The notes under the pieces are model-generated. The model ran no database searches, was not told the DNA's origin, and saw only the letters and a list, made by a program, of their open reading frames with translations. From Archangiaceae bacterium (lineage in GTDB: Bacteria; Myxococcota; Myxococcia; Myxococcales; Myxococcaceae), in assembly GCA_043750125.1 (NCBI GenBank), contig JAYVCD010000006.1:1-34502 (forward strand): a stretch of 34,502 nucleotides of DNA, in the 5' to 3' direction. Position 1 is the first letter of the stretch. Every line of letters starts with the position of its first letter. The translations under genes were made by a program, and so were the position numbers. Below, one piece after another: positions 25,861 to 34,502 of this stretch.

Positions 25861-26585
25861 CGATCAACCGCGAGGCGGCGCGCAACGCGCTGTCGGCCGC
25901 GGTGGTCCTGGGGCTCAGCGAAGGGGTCGACCGGGCCGAGGCCGACCCTTCGGTGCGGGTGGTGGTGCTCACTGGCGCGGGCGAAAAGGCCTTCTGCGCG
26001 GGCGGGGACTTGAGCGGAATGTCCGACGGCTTTCTGGCGGGCCATGAAGGGCGGCGGGGCTATGGCGCGCTGCTGCTGAAGATTCAGGCCTGTTCCAAGC
26101 CCACCCTCGCGCGGCTCAACGGGCACGCGCTGGCCGGTGGGATGGGGTTGGTGTTGGCGAGCGACTTTGCAATTGCCAGCAGTGAGGCCCAGCTGGGTCT
26201 GCCCGAGATTGATCGGGGCTTGTTTCCGATGATGCTGCTCGCGCTGCTGCAGCGACACGTCGGCCGGAAGCATGCGATGCAACTGCTGCTCACCGGCGAA
26301 CGGATTTCAGCGGACCAGGGTGTCCAGCTGGGGGTCTTGAATCAAGCGGTTCCTGCCGCCGGGCTCGATGCGGCGGTCGAGCTGCTGACCGGGAAGCTTG
26401 CGAGCAAGAGCCAGGCGATCTTGAAGCTGGGCAAGCGCGCATTCCTTGCGGCGGAAGACTTGCCACTCGCGCAAGCCATCGAAATGCTCGCTGCCCAGCT
26501 GTCGATCAACGTTTTGGCCGAGGATGCCGCTGAAGGCGTTACTGCATTCCTCGAGAAGCGCAAACCCAACTGGAAGGATCGCTGA
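25809..26585 (+). CDS. Enoyl-CoA hydratase/isomerase (crotonase) family protein
   Basis: LTINR..RNAL, LTGAGEKAFCAGGDL, NGHALAGGMGL, LGLPE, EGVTAFLEKRKP.W. Confidence 0.93.
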   Translation: MDEREVTYEIQGPAARLTINREAARNALSAAVVLGLSEGVDRAEADPSVRVVVLTGAGEKAFCAGGDLSGMSDGFLAGHEGRRGYGALLLKIQACSKPTLARLNGHALAGGMGLVLASDFAIASSEAQLGLPEIDRGLFPMMLLALLQRHVGRKHAMQLLLTGERISADQGVQLGVLNQAVPAAGLDAAVELLTGKLASKSQAILKLGKRAFLAAEDLPLAQAIEMLAAQLSINVLAEDAAEGVTAFLEKRKPNWKDR

Positions 26586-26586
26586 C

Positions 26587-27480
26587 ATGGCCGTTTCAAA
26601 AGACAAAGTGTTGGTGACCGCGGCGCTCACCGGAGTTCTCACCAAGCGTGAGCAGCATCCGGGCATTCCCTACACCCCGGTGGAGATCGCCGAAGAGGCG
26701 CACCGCGCGTACGACGCAGGGGCGATGCAGGTTCACATTCATGCGCGCGAGCCGCTGACGGGCGATGCGACCTGGAGCGTCGAGACCTACGGGCAGATCA
26801 AAGCCGAGGTGAACAAGCGGTGTCCGGTGATCGTGAACTTCAGCACCGGCGGCTTCAACATGGGCGTCAACAGCGAGGACGAGAAAAAGCAGCGGCTCGA
26901 ATACGTGTGGCGGGTGAAGCCTGAAGTGGCCGCGCTCAACATGGGCTCGATGAACTACGCGAAGTACTCGGACAAGCGAAAGAGCTTCGTCTTCGATTTC
27001 ATCTTCCCCAACTCGTTCGGGGACATCCTCACCTGTTTGCAGGCGATCAAAGAGGGAGGAGCCAAGCCCGAGCTCGAGTGCTTCGATGTCGGGCACATCG
27101 CCAACGCCGAGCCTTTGTTCCAGATGGGCGCGCTCAAAGGGCCGGCCCAGTACAGCTTCATTCTCGGGGTTCTCGGCGGGGCTCCGGCGACGACGGACAC
27201 GCTCTCGCACATGTCGAAGCAGATTCGCCCGGGCGATGCGTGGGAAGTGATCGGAATCTCGAAGGTGCAGTGGAAGCTGGTCGGCGCGGCGCTCGCCCTG
27301 GGCGGAAACGTTCGGGTCGGCCTCGAAGACAACTTCTACCTGGACAGCGCGGGCACCCAACTGGCGAAGAACAGCGCCGAGCTGGTTCAGAAGGCGGTGC
27401 GCATGGCGCGGGACGTAGGCCGCGAGCCGATGAACATCGAGGAAGCGCGCGAGCACCTGGCGCTTCCCTGGAACTGGTGA
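26587..27480 (+). CDS. Beta-keto acid cleavage enzyme (BKACE/DUF849, Kce family)
   Basis: VTAALTG, IPYTPVEIAEEA, VHIHAR, FSTGG, ALNMGSMN, PELECFD, GGNVRVGLEDN. Start ATG 26587. Confidence 0.93.
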   Translation: MAVSKDKVLVTAALTGVLTKREQHPGIPYTPVEIAEEAHRAYDAGAMQVHIHAREPLTGDATWSVETYGQIKAEVNKRCPVIVNFSTGGFNMGVNSEDEKKQRLEYVWRVKPEVAALNMGSMNYAKYSDKRKSFVFDFIFPNSFGDILTCLQAIKEGGAKPELECFDVGHIANAEPLFQMGALKGPAQYSFILGVLGGAPATTDTLSHMSKQIRPGDAWEVIGISKVQWKLVGAALALGGNVRVGLEDNFYLDSAGTQLAKNSAELVQKAVRMARDVGREPMNIEEAREHLALPWNW

Positions 27481-27487
27481 CCGGGCG

Positions 27488-28345
27488 TCATTGGAAGTCC
27501 AGCCGCAACACGCTCTGAGCGTCGACCCAGCGGCCTGCGATCTTCGCTCCCCAGTGAAGGTGGGGGCCGGTGACCCTTCCCGTCTTGCCGATCAGGCCGA
27601 TTTGCTGGCCCTTCTTCACCTTCTGGCCCGACTTCACGTCGAAGCGCGAGAGATGGAAGTACACGGTGTAAAGGCTCATCCCGTGAAAGATGACGAGGGT
27701 GTTTCCTGAGCCGAAGCACTCGCGTTGCATCACCACGGTGCCGTCGTTGCTGGCGTAGACCTCGTCCCCGATGGCCCCGTTGAGATCGACCCCGAAGTGC
27801 TGGCTTTTTTTCTTCCCGTTGAACATGCGCAGGTCGCCGAACGGGGCGGTCACGACGCCGTTGCGAGGCCAGGCGAAGTTCTCGAGGAACTGCCGTTCGC
27901 CTCGGGCCTGCGCGAAGGCTGCGTCGAAAGCGATTTGATCTCTCTTCGACCACTCGCGCTGCGCTTTGCTCGGCGAGACGAACTTCTTCGAAACCTTCAG
28001 CTCGCTGGTGCGGAATTCCGGAGCAACGATTTCCAGCGTGCCTTGCAGATCGAGCTCCTGCGCGCCCGAGACCATTCTCACCGAAAGCTCCAACGCGCCG
28101 TCTTTGGTGTCGACCGGCATTCCGACCAAAGCCTGCCAGCCTCCGGCGAAGGGGAGGAAATCGAGGTCGAAGGCGCCCAGGCGGCCCTGGGGCTCGTGCG
28201 GGGGGTCGGTGCCCTGAACGGTGATCAGCACCGCGTCCCCGGGCTTTGCGCTGCCGGGTTGAATGCGTACCGCCGCAAGGGAGGCGAGCACGAGCAAGGC
28301 GGTAGCGGCGGGCGCGAGCAACGACCCAGAGGTTTGCCATCTCAA
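27488..28345 (-). CDS. M23-family metallopeptidase (peptidoglycan endopeptidase-like)
   Basis: HFGVD (HxxxD), GNTLVIFHG, YFHLS, TGRVTGPHLHW (HxH); N-terminal signal/anchor. Confidence 0.93.
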   Translation of the reverse strand: MRWQTSGSLLAPAATALLVLASLAAVRIQPGSAKPGDAVLITVQGTDPPHEPQGRLGAFDLDFLPFAGGWQALVGMPVDTKDGALELSVRMVSGAQELDLQGTLEIVAPEFRTSELKVSKKFVSPSKAQREWSKRDQIAFDAAFAQARGERQFLENFAWPRNGVVTAPFGDLRMFNGKKKSQHFGVDLNGAIGDEVYASNDGTVVMQRECFGSGNTLVIFHGMSLYTVYFHLSRFDVKSGQKVKKGQQIGLIGKTGRVTGPHLHWGAKIAGRWVDAQSVLRLDFQ

Positions 28346-28427
28346 AGGCGATCGTCAAGTAGACGGCTGAACGAGAGGGGTGAGGGGGCCGACCGCCGCA
28401 GACCTGACGCGCTATGATGTGTGCCCA

Positions 28428-29189
28428 ATGCGCGCACTGAGAGGAGCGATTGCGGTCGCCGTCGTGGGCGCAAGCTGTGGCCCCACCAACCAGAATTCCT
28501 CGATCATCGGCCCGACGGGTGGGGAAGTCTGCCTTCCTGATCAACGGGTGTGCATCGAGCTTCCTCCCGGCGCGCTGGAACGGTCCGTGACGATTCGCAT
28601 CGCGCCGACCAGCGATGTGCCCCCGGGAGCCCTGAGTGACGGCTACGAGATCGGACCTTCGGGGACCGCATTTCTCAAGCCGGCCAAAGTGACCTTCAAG
28701 ATCGAATCGTTCTTCGAAGCGGACAGCGGCGTCGACCCGGTGCTGCTGCGGCTCTTTACGAAGTACGAGGGCGCGGCCGACTGGGAAGCGTTGGGCTCAC
28801 CGGTTCCTCCGCTGGACCGCGTGCGTCGCACTCTGTCGGGCACGGTCGACCACCTCTCTCCGTTCGTCGTTCTTCGTGTCGACCGGCTGTCCGATGGCGG
28901 CTTGCCGATCGAGATTGATGCGGGAATCAAGGATGCAGGCTCGATCATCATTCCGTACTTCGATGCCGGCGTTCCTGATGCGGGCCGACCGGACGCAGGC
29001 GTTCCCGACGCGGGGCGATCGGACGCGGGCGTGCCCGATGCCGGAAGGCCGGATGCGGGTAGGCCCGACGCAGGTCGGCCCGACGCAGGTCCGCCCGACG
29101 CAGGTCGGCCCGACGCAGGTCCGCCTGACGCAGGTCCGCCCGACGCAGGTGTGGATGGCGGGGGCGCAGACGCCGGCGACGCCGGTTAG
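28428..29189 (+). CDS. Lipoprotein with ZU5-like domain and C-terminal DAGxP repeats
   Basis: Lipobox GAS-C; IGPTGG...IELPPGAL...YEIGPSGTAFLKPAKVT...VDHLSPF (ZU5-like pattern); -10-like TATGAT at 28413-28418. Confidence 0.75.
   Translation: MRALRGAIAVAVVGASCGPTNQNSSIIGPTGGEVCLPDQRVCIELPPGALERSVTIRIAPTSDVPPGALSDGYEIGPSGTAFLKPAKVTFKIESFFEADSGVDPVLLRLFTKYEGAADWEALGSPVPPLDRVRRTLSGTVDHLSPFVVLRVDRLSDGGLPIEIDAGIKDAGSIIIPYFDAGVPDAGRPDAGVPDAGRSDAGVPDAGRPDAGRPDAGRPDAGPPDAGRPDAGPPDAGPPDAGVDGGGADAGDAG
28962..29150 (+). repeat. Coding 15-bp tandem repeat, 12 full DAG(V/R/P)(P/S) units plus a partial 13th
   Basis: Units such as GACGCAGGTCGGCCC / GACGCAGGTCCGCCC read directly; the later copies are near-identical. 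Confidence 0.92.
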
Positions 29190-29190
29190 G

Positions 29191-29335
29191 CGTGAGTCGT
29201 GGGCCTGGCCATGGCGATGATGGCGCTCGGCGCCGGCGGTCAGCGCGCAGTTGCGCGGCGGTCGTGAGTCGTAGGCGTCGAGCCGGCGATGATTCGGTCC
29301 GACGAGGCTGGGCGGTCAGACGAGCGATGACCGCC
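29191..29335. repeat. Degenerate ~72-bp intergenic tandem repeat with terminal hairpin between convergent genes
   Basis: CGTGAGTCGT at 29191 and 29263; GGCGATGAT at offset 22 in both units; GGCGGTCAG at 29235 and 29311; hairpin GGCGGTCA-N9-TGACCGCC at 29311-29335. Confidence 0.6.
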
Positions 29336-29339
29336 GACT

Positions 29340-30674
29340 TCAGTCGTGCGCTTTGAGCCCGTACTTCGTCACCAGGCGGTGGACGTAGTTCCGGGCGATG
29401 CCGGCTTCGCGCGCCATCTGCGAAATATTCCCGTTGCACTTGTTGAGCAGGCCCATCAGGTATTCCTTGGTGAAGCTCTCGACCAGCCGTTCCTTCGCTT
29501 CCTTGAAGGGCAGGTCGTTGATCCCCTCGTTGGCCTGCAGGCTGCGCGAGGCGGTGCTCTCGTTGGGCAGGGGATCGACATCGGCGCCGGCCAGCGCGCG
29601 TTCGACCAGGTTGCGCAACTCGCGCACGTTTCCCGGCCAGTGGTAGGCGGCGAACCGCGCCATCAGGCCCCGGGGCAGCTCGAAGTCGCCCCGCCCCATG
29701 TTCTTCACGAAGTGCTCGGTAAGCAGCTGAATGTCGTCGAGGCGGTCGCGCAACGGGGGCACCTGGACCAGCACCACCGCCAGCCGGTAGTACAGGTCGC
29801 GGCGGAACCGGCCGGCTTCGATCTCTTCGTCCAGGTTCCGGTGGGTGGCGGCGATGATCCGCACATCGATGCGCCGGTGCTTGTCTTCGCCGACCCGACG
29901 CACCATTCCGCCTTCGAGAACCCGCAGCAGCTTCGGCTGCAGATCCAGCGGCAGCTCTCCCAATTCATCGAGGAAGATCGTCCCACCGTCCGCTTCGAGG
30001 AACGCTCCATTCCGATCGGCGATCGCGCCGGTGAAGGCGCCCTTCACGTGGCCAAACAGCTCGCTCTCGATCAGCGAGGGGGCCACCGCGCCGCAATCCA
30101 CCACCACGAACGGCCTGCCGACCCGCTTGCTGCGGGCATGAATCGAATGGGCGAGGACTTCCTTTCCGGTTCCGGTCTCGCCCAGCAGCATCACGGTCGA
30201 ATCGGTGGGGGCCACCTTCTCGAGGATCCCGAACAGCTGCCGCATCGCTGGCGCGGCGCCCTTGACGGTGCCGAAACTGCTCAGGGCCTCAGGAAGCCCC
30301 AGGTCCTGCTCGACCATCGAGATCTTGAGCGAGGTCTTTCCGACGGTGACCACCGCCTGGTCCTCGACGATCACCTCGGTAATCCGGGCGCCCTGCATGT
30401 ACGAGCCATTGGTGCTGTCCAGATCGCGCACCCGGACCCCATCGGGCCGCGCCATCAGCTCGACGTGGTAGCGCGAGACCGTGGTGTCTTTGAGCGTCAG
30501 CTGCGCATCGGGGTGGCTGCCGATCTTCATGCTGCCTTCGATCGCCCGCTTCACGCCAATGTCCGGGCCCGCGACAATCACCACCTGATACTTCCTTTCT
30601 TTCAGCGTCCCGCTCGCCTGGTCGAGGCGAAGCAGGGCTCCGGGGCGCTGTAGGGGTTCGGTGGCCAGATTCAT
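29340..30674 (-). CDS. FHA-domain sigma54-dependent transcriptional activator (EBP)
   Basis: FHA (IGSH, VSRYH, DLDSTNG); AAA+ GETGTGKE, ESELFGHVKGAFTGA, IFLDE, WPGNVREL; C-terminal Fis-type HTH. Confidence 0.95.
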   Translation of the reverse strand: MNLATEPLQRPGALLRLDQASGTLKERKYQVVIVAGPDIGVKRAIEGSMKIGSHPDAQLTLKDTTVSRYHVELMARPDGVRVRDLDSTNGSYMQGARITEVIVEDQAVVTVGKTSLKISMVEQDLGLPEALSSFGTVKGAAPAMRQLFGILEKVAPTDSTVMLLGETGTGKEVLAHSIHARSKRVGRPFVVVDCGAVAPSLIESELFGHVKGAFTGAIADRNGAFLEADGGTIFLDELGELPLDLQPKLLRVLEGGMVRRVGEDKHRRIDVRIIAATHRNLDEEIEAGRFRRDLYYRLAVVLVQVPPLRDRLDDIQLLTEHFVKNMGRGDFELPRGLMARFAAYHWPGNVRELRNLVERALAGADVDPLPNESTASRSLQANEGINDLPFKEAKERLVESFTKEYLMGLLNKCNGNISQMAREAGIARNYVHRLVTKYGLKAHD

Positions 30675-30796
30675 TTTGGTGACCGACTATAACTTCTGCC
30701 CCCGAAGCGACAACGCGATTGCGAGGCCCGCGGTCCCTTGAGAGTATGCGCGCCCTCGAAACCTTCCTTTGAACGCAACACAAGGAGTTGTTTTCC

Positions 30797-32089
30797 ATGG
30801 CATCGAACGGCGAAAAGATCACTCTTAGCGGTGGCAAGCTCAACGTCCCCGATCACCCGATCATCCCCTTCATCGAGGGCGACGGCATCGGGCGCGACAT
30901 CTGGCGTTCGTCGGTCAATGTGATCGACGCCGCAGTCGAGAAGGCCTACCGCGGCAAGAAGAAGATCGCGTGGATGGAAGTGCTGGCCGGCGAGAAGGCC
31001 TTCAAGCTCAAGAACAACTGGCTCCCCGAAGAGACGGTGACCGCTTTTCGCGACTACCTGGTAGGGATCAAAGGCCCGCTGACGACCCCCATCGGCGGAG
31101 GCATTCGGTCGCTCAACGTCGCCCTGCGCCAGATGCTCGATTTGTATGTGTGCCTGCGACCCGTGCGCTACTTCAAGGGAGTCCCTTCCCCAGTCAAGGC
31201 GCCCGAGAAGGTCGACATGGTGATCTTCCGTGAGAACACCGAGGACATCTACGCCGGCATCGAGTTCGAAGCGGGCAGCGCGGGCGCGACGAAGATGCTC
31301 GAGTTCATCAAAAAAGAGTTCCCCAAGGACTTCGAGAAGATCCGCTTCAAGGAAAACATCGGAATCGGGATCAAGCCGGTCTCGAAGGAAGGCACCGAAC
31401 GGCTGGTGCGGGCCGCGATCAAGTACGCCCTCGATCTCAAGCGCCGCAACGTCACCTTCGTCCACAAGGGCAACATCATGAAGTACACCGAAGGCGCCTT
31501 CATGAAGTGGGGCTACGAGGTGGCCCAGAAGGAGTTCGGCGAGAAGACCTACACCTGGGCCCAGTGGGAAAAGACCAAGGCCGCTTCGGGTGAGGACGCC
31601 GCGAACGCCGAACAGAAGACTGCGCTGGCCGCCGGAAAGCTGCTGATCAAAGACGCGATCGCCGACATCACCCTGCAGCAGGTGCTCACCCGGCCGGACG
31701 AGTTCGATGTCATCGCGACCTTGAACCTCAACGGAGACTACCTGTCGGACGCGCTGGCGGCCCAGGTCGGCGGCATCGGCATCGCCCCCGGAGGGAACAT
31801 CAATTACCTCACCGGCCACGCGATCTTCGAGGCCACCCACGGCACGGCTCCGAAGTACGCCGATCAAGACAAGGTGAACCCCGGCTCGGTCATTCTCTCG
31901 GCCGAAATGATGCTGCGGCACCTCGGCTGGCTCGAGGCGGCTGACCTGATCATCAAAGGCATGGACGCCGCGATCGGCCAGCGCACGGTGACGTATGACT
32001 TCGCGCGCCAGATGAAGCAGGAAAACGCCGCCGCGGTGACCGAGGTGAAGTGCAGCGAGTTCGGTCAAGCGATCATCAAGAACATGTAG
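30797..32089 (+). CDS. icd: NADP-dependent isocitrate dehydrogenase
   Basis: [69 protein letters not shown]. Confidence 0.97.
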   Translation: MASNGEKITLSGGKLNVPDHPIIPFIEGDGIGRDIWRSSVNVIDAAVEKAYRGKKKIAWMEVLAGEKAFKLKNNWLPEETVTAFRDYLVGIKGPLTTPIGGGIRSLNVALRQMLDLYVCLRPVRYFKGVPSPVKAPEKVDMVIFRENTEDIYAGIEFEAGSAGATKMLEFIKKEFPKDFEKIRFKENIGIGIKPVSKEGTERLVRAAIKYALDLKRRNVTFVHKGNIMKYTEGAFMKWGYEVAQKEFGEKTYTWAQWEKTKAASGEDAANAEQKTALAAGKLLIKDAIADITLQQVLTRPDEFDVIATLNLNGDYLSDALAAQVGGIGIAPGGNINYLTGHAIFEATHGTAPKYADQDKVNPGSVILSAEMMLRHLGWLEAADLIIKGMDAAIGQRTVTYDFARQMKQENAAAVTEVKCSEFGQAIIKNM

Positions 32090-32118
32090 TCACGACTTTC
32101 CAAAAAAGGACCCAACCC

Positions 32119-33105
32119 ATGGCCAAAAATCCAGTTCGTGTTGCGATTACCGGCGCCGCCGGTCAGATCGGTTACTCGCTGCTCTTCCGCATCGCCAATG
32201 GCGACATGCTCGGAAAAGATCAGCCGATCATTCTCCATCTGCTCGAGGTCCCCCAGGCGCTCAACGCGACCCGCGGGGTGACGATGGAGCTCGAAGACTG
32301 CGCCTTCCCCCTGCTGGCGGGAATGGTGGTCACCGATGATCCCAAGGTGGCATTCAAGGACGTAGATTTTGCCCTGCTGGTCGGCGCCAAGCCCCGCAGC
32401 AAGGGGATGGAACGCAAAGACCTGCTCGAGGGCAACGCGGCTATCTTCAAAGCGATGGGCACCGCGCTCGACACCCACGCGAGCCGCAACGTGAAGGTCC
32501 TGGTGGTCGGCAACCCCGCCAACACCAACGCCTACATCACGATGAAGACCGCCCCTTCGCTGCCGAAGACCGCGTTCACCGCGATGCTGCGGCTGGACTA
32601 CAACCGCTCGTTGGGCCAGCTGGCGATCAAGACGGGCAAGCCGGTGGGCAGCTTCGAGAAGCTGACCGTGTGGGGCAACCACTCGACGACCATGTACCCC
32701 GACATTCGCTTCGCTTCGGCCGGCGGCCAGAGCGTGAAGGGGCTGGTCAACGACGAAAAGTGGTACCGCGAAACCTTCATCCCCACGGTCGCCAAGCGCG
32801 GCGCGGCGATCATCGAAGCCCGCGGGTTGTCCTCTGCCGCCTCGGCCGCCAACGCGGCGGTCGACCACGTCCGTGATTGGTGGCTCGGCGCGGGCTCGCA
32901 GTGGGTGACGATGGGCGTCCCTTCCGACGGCTCGTACGGAATCCCCCAGGACGTGGTCTACGGCTTCCCCTGCCTGTGCAAGGGCGGCGGCAGCTACGAG
33001 ATCGTCAAGGGCCTCGAAATCGACGAGTTCTCGCGCGAGAAGATGAACGCGACCCTGAAGGAGCTCGAAGAAGAGCGCGAGGCGGTCAAGCACCTGCTCG
33101 GCTAG
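32119..33105 (+). CDS. mdh: Malate dehydrogenase
   Basis: [72 protein letters not shown]. Confidence 0.97.
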   Translation: MAKNPVRVAITGAAGQIGYSLLFRIANGDMLGKDQPIILHLLEVPQALNATRGVTMELEDCAFPLLAGMVVTDDPKVAFKDVDFALLVGAKPRSKGMERKDLLEGNAAIFKAMGTALDTHASRNVKVLVVGNPANTNAYITMKTAPSLPKTAFTAMLRLDYNRSLGQLAIKTGKPVGSFEKLTVWGNHSTTMYPDIRFASAGGQSVKGLVNDEKWYRETFIPTVAKRGAAIIEARGLSSAASAANAAVDHVRDWWLGAGSQWVTMGVPSDGSYGIPQDVVYGFPCLCKGGGSYEIVKGLEIDEFSREKMNATLKELEEEREAVKHLLG

Positions 33106-33116
33106 CGTCGCCGCGC

Positions 33117-34163
33117 GTGGAGCAGACCGAAGACGCATTCTTCAGTGCCCTGGCGGAGCGACCGTACGATCGGGCGCTCCGCCTCGTTTTTTGCGACTGG
33201 CTGCTCGAGCGGGGCGATGCCCGAGGGGAAGCGATGGCCCTGTTCGAGAAGGGGTCGTTGTCCGGTGCCGAGCGCAGGCGGCTCGCGAAGCTGCAGCAGC
33301 TCAACGGCCGCAAGTGGCTCGGGCCGCTGGCGGGAATCGTGGCCCTCGACGAATGTCGCTTCGCAGGCGGGCTGCTGCACTCGGTGACCTTTCCCGCCAA
33401 TCTCCCGGCGGGCCGGTATGCGGCACTGGCGGGGGAGCCCCGGCTGGCCACCGTCGAATCGGTGTCGATCGAGCCGGGAAGGGTGGCCGCCGAAGTGGGG
33501 TCCTTTCTGGCTCACCCGGTGCTGGCGCGCGTCGTCACCCTCGAGGGCGACGTGGCCACCTTGCTCAAGGCCCGGGGCTACAGCTTTTCGCCACAGGTGC
33601 TGCGCATCGCGCTGTGGCACCCGCGCGATGAGCTTTCGCAGCTGGCCGCTTGCACCGCTCTGCACCCCGCGACCGTCTTGCGACTGTCGGCGGTCGAGTT
33701 CATCAACCCTGATTTCGCCGAGGAGCTCGCCGACGCAGTGGTGGGCAGCAAAGTGCTCGAGGGTCGCAAGCGGCTCGAGCTGGTGGCCCGGTACGCGACG
33801 ATCGAAGGAGTGGCCCGGTGGCTGCGGGTCGCCCGAGCGAGGGTCCGGGGGCCCGCCCGGGGCATGATCCAGCGCTGGGCCGTCAGCTACGCCGAAACCC
33901 ACCTCGGGCTCGAAGGCGAGCACTTCGAGCAATTCACGATCGATGCGATGGCGGCGGGCGGGAAAGAAGAAGTCGGGATCCGAATCGCGACCGCGGCGTC
34001 GGTACTCGCGCTGCTCGACGGCATCGGGATTACCAAGGTCGATGTCCGCCACGTTCCCGGAGGAAGATTGACGAAGGACGAGCTCAACACCCTGCGCGCG
34101 GCCCTGCGTCGGCTGAAGACGCTGGAAGAATTCCAGGTGGGGGGGGTGCCTCAGTCGCCTTGA
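33117..34163 (+). CDS. TIGR02996-type N-terminal domain protein
   Basis: AFFSALAERPYDRALRLVFCDWLLERGDARGE motif, then WLGPL...FAGG and degenerate LRR-like segments. GTG start 11 nt after the mdh stop. Confidence 0.78.
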   Translation: MEQTEDAFFSALAERPYDRALRLVFCDWLLERGDARGEAMALFEKGSLSGAERRRLAKLQQLNGRKWLGPLAGIVALDECRFAGGLLHSVTFPANLPAGRYAALAGEPRLATVESVSIEPGRVAAEVGSFLAHPVLARVVTLEGDVATLLKARGYSFSPQVLRIALWHPRDELSQLAACTALHPATVLRLSAVEFINPDFAEELADAVVGSKVLEGRKRLELVARYATIEGVARWLRVARARVRGPARGMIQRWAVSYAETHLGLEGEHFEQFTIDAMAAGGKEEVGIRIATAASVLALLDGIGITKVDVRHVPGGRLTKDELNTLRAALRRLKTLEEFQVGGVPQSP

Positions 34164-34240
34164 CTTGAATCGTGACGCGTCTTACGAATCCGCGGCTTTC
34201 GACGCGCGATTGGACGTTTTTCCCTCAGTACGGAGCGTGA

Positions 34241-34502
34241 ATGACGCCGCAAGACCAGAAGCAAGCCCAGATTCTTTCGGTGGGTGGCACAGACACCGTT
34301 CGCGAACAGGACAAGATCATGTTGGTGCTGTCGTACCTTGGCGTTCTCGCGCTGATTCCTCTGCTCACGGTCAAAGACTCTGACTTCGTGAAGTGGCACG
34401 CGAAACAGGGCCTGATTCTCGGCGTCGGCGGCTTCATCGTGATGACGCTGCTGGCCTTCCTCGGCCCGCTGGGTTTCACCAACTGCTTGTTGGCCCCCGG
34501 AA
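34241..34502 (+). CDS. DUF4870-like membrane protein (partial, runs off the window)
   Basis: RBS GGAG; MTPQDQ...DKIMLVLSYLGVLALIPLLTVKDSDFVKWHAKQGL... Not in the supplied ORF track. Confidence 0.8.
   Translation, partial: MTPQDQKQAQILSVGGTDTVREQDKIMLVLSYLGVLALIPLLTVKDSDFVKWHAKQGLILGVGGFIVMTLLAFLGPLGFTNCLLAPG

Noticed and set aside
28962-29150. Tandem repeats as a CRISPR array
   Set aside because: 15-bp in-frame coding units without unique spacers, and no cas genes.
34164-34220. Imperfect hairpin upstream of the DUF4870 gene as a riboswitch/ncRNA
   Set aside because: Short bulged GC stem with no recognisable aptamer motif; at most a weak terminator.

Overview
GC-rich bacterial chromosomal window, most likely from a myxobacterium (Myxococcota). 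This rests on two MYXO-CTERM-type proteins, a Myxococcus-type LexA box, an FHA-sigma54 activator, DAG-repeat lipoproteins and a TIGR02996-type protein. Left to right: (1) a probable ISL3-type IS end running into the 3' remnant of a ferritin-like/diiron gene; (2) a PA0069-type radical SAM gene with a LexA box and a B12-dependent radical SAM gene; (3) a TPR protein plus a monoheme cytochrome c lipoprotein; (4) a small decayed island at the 3' end of tRNA-Gln(CTG), holding an IS3 remnant, a doubly truncated gene and an intact rifampin ADP-ribosyltransferase (arr); (5) a gltX - CPBP protease - small exported protein - tRNA-Gln operon; (6) a divergent operon with a secreted TIMP/OB-like protein, two matrixin-type MYXO-CTERM metalloproteases, a TonB-dependent receptor and HmuY; (7) an SH3 + M48 pair; (8) dihydropyrimidinase and beta-ureidopropionase flanking a GlsB/YeaQ gene with a sigma54-type promoter; (9) an alpha/beta hydrolase, an AMIN-long helix-AMIN protein, lptD and an Ig-like lipoprotein; (10) TetR - crotonase - BKACE; (11) an M23 peptidase, a ZU5-like DAG-repeat lipoprotein, an FHA-EBP, icd, mdh, a TIGR02996 protein and a partial DUF4870 gene. 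No CRISPR array, rRNA or intact transposase was seen. The best candidates for something under-described are the TIMP-like/twin-matrixin/heme-uptake operon and the AMIN-helix-AMIN protein coupled to lptD. All family calls come from motif recognition by eye, not from database searches.
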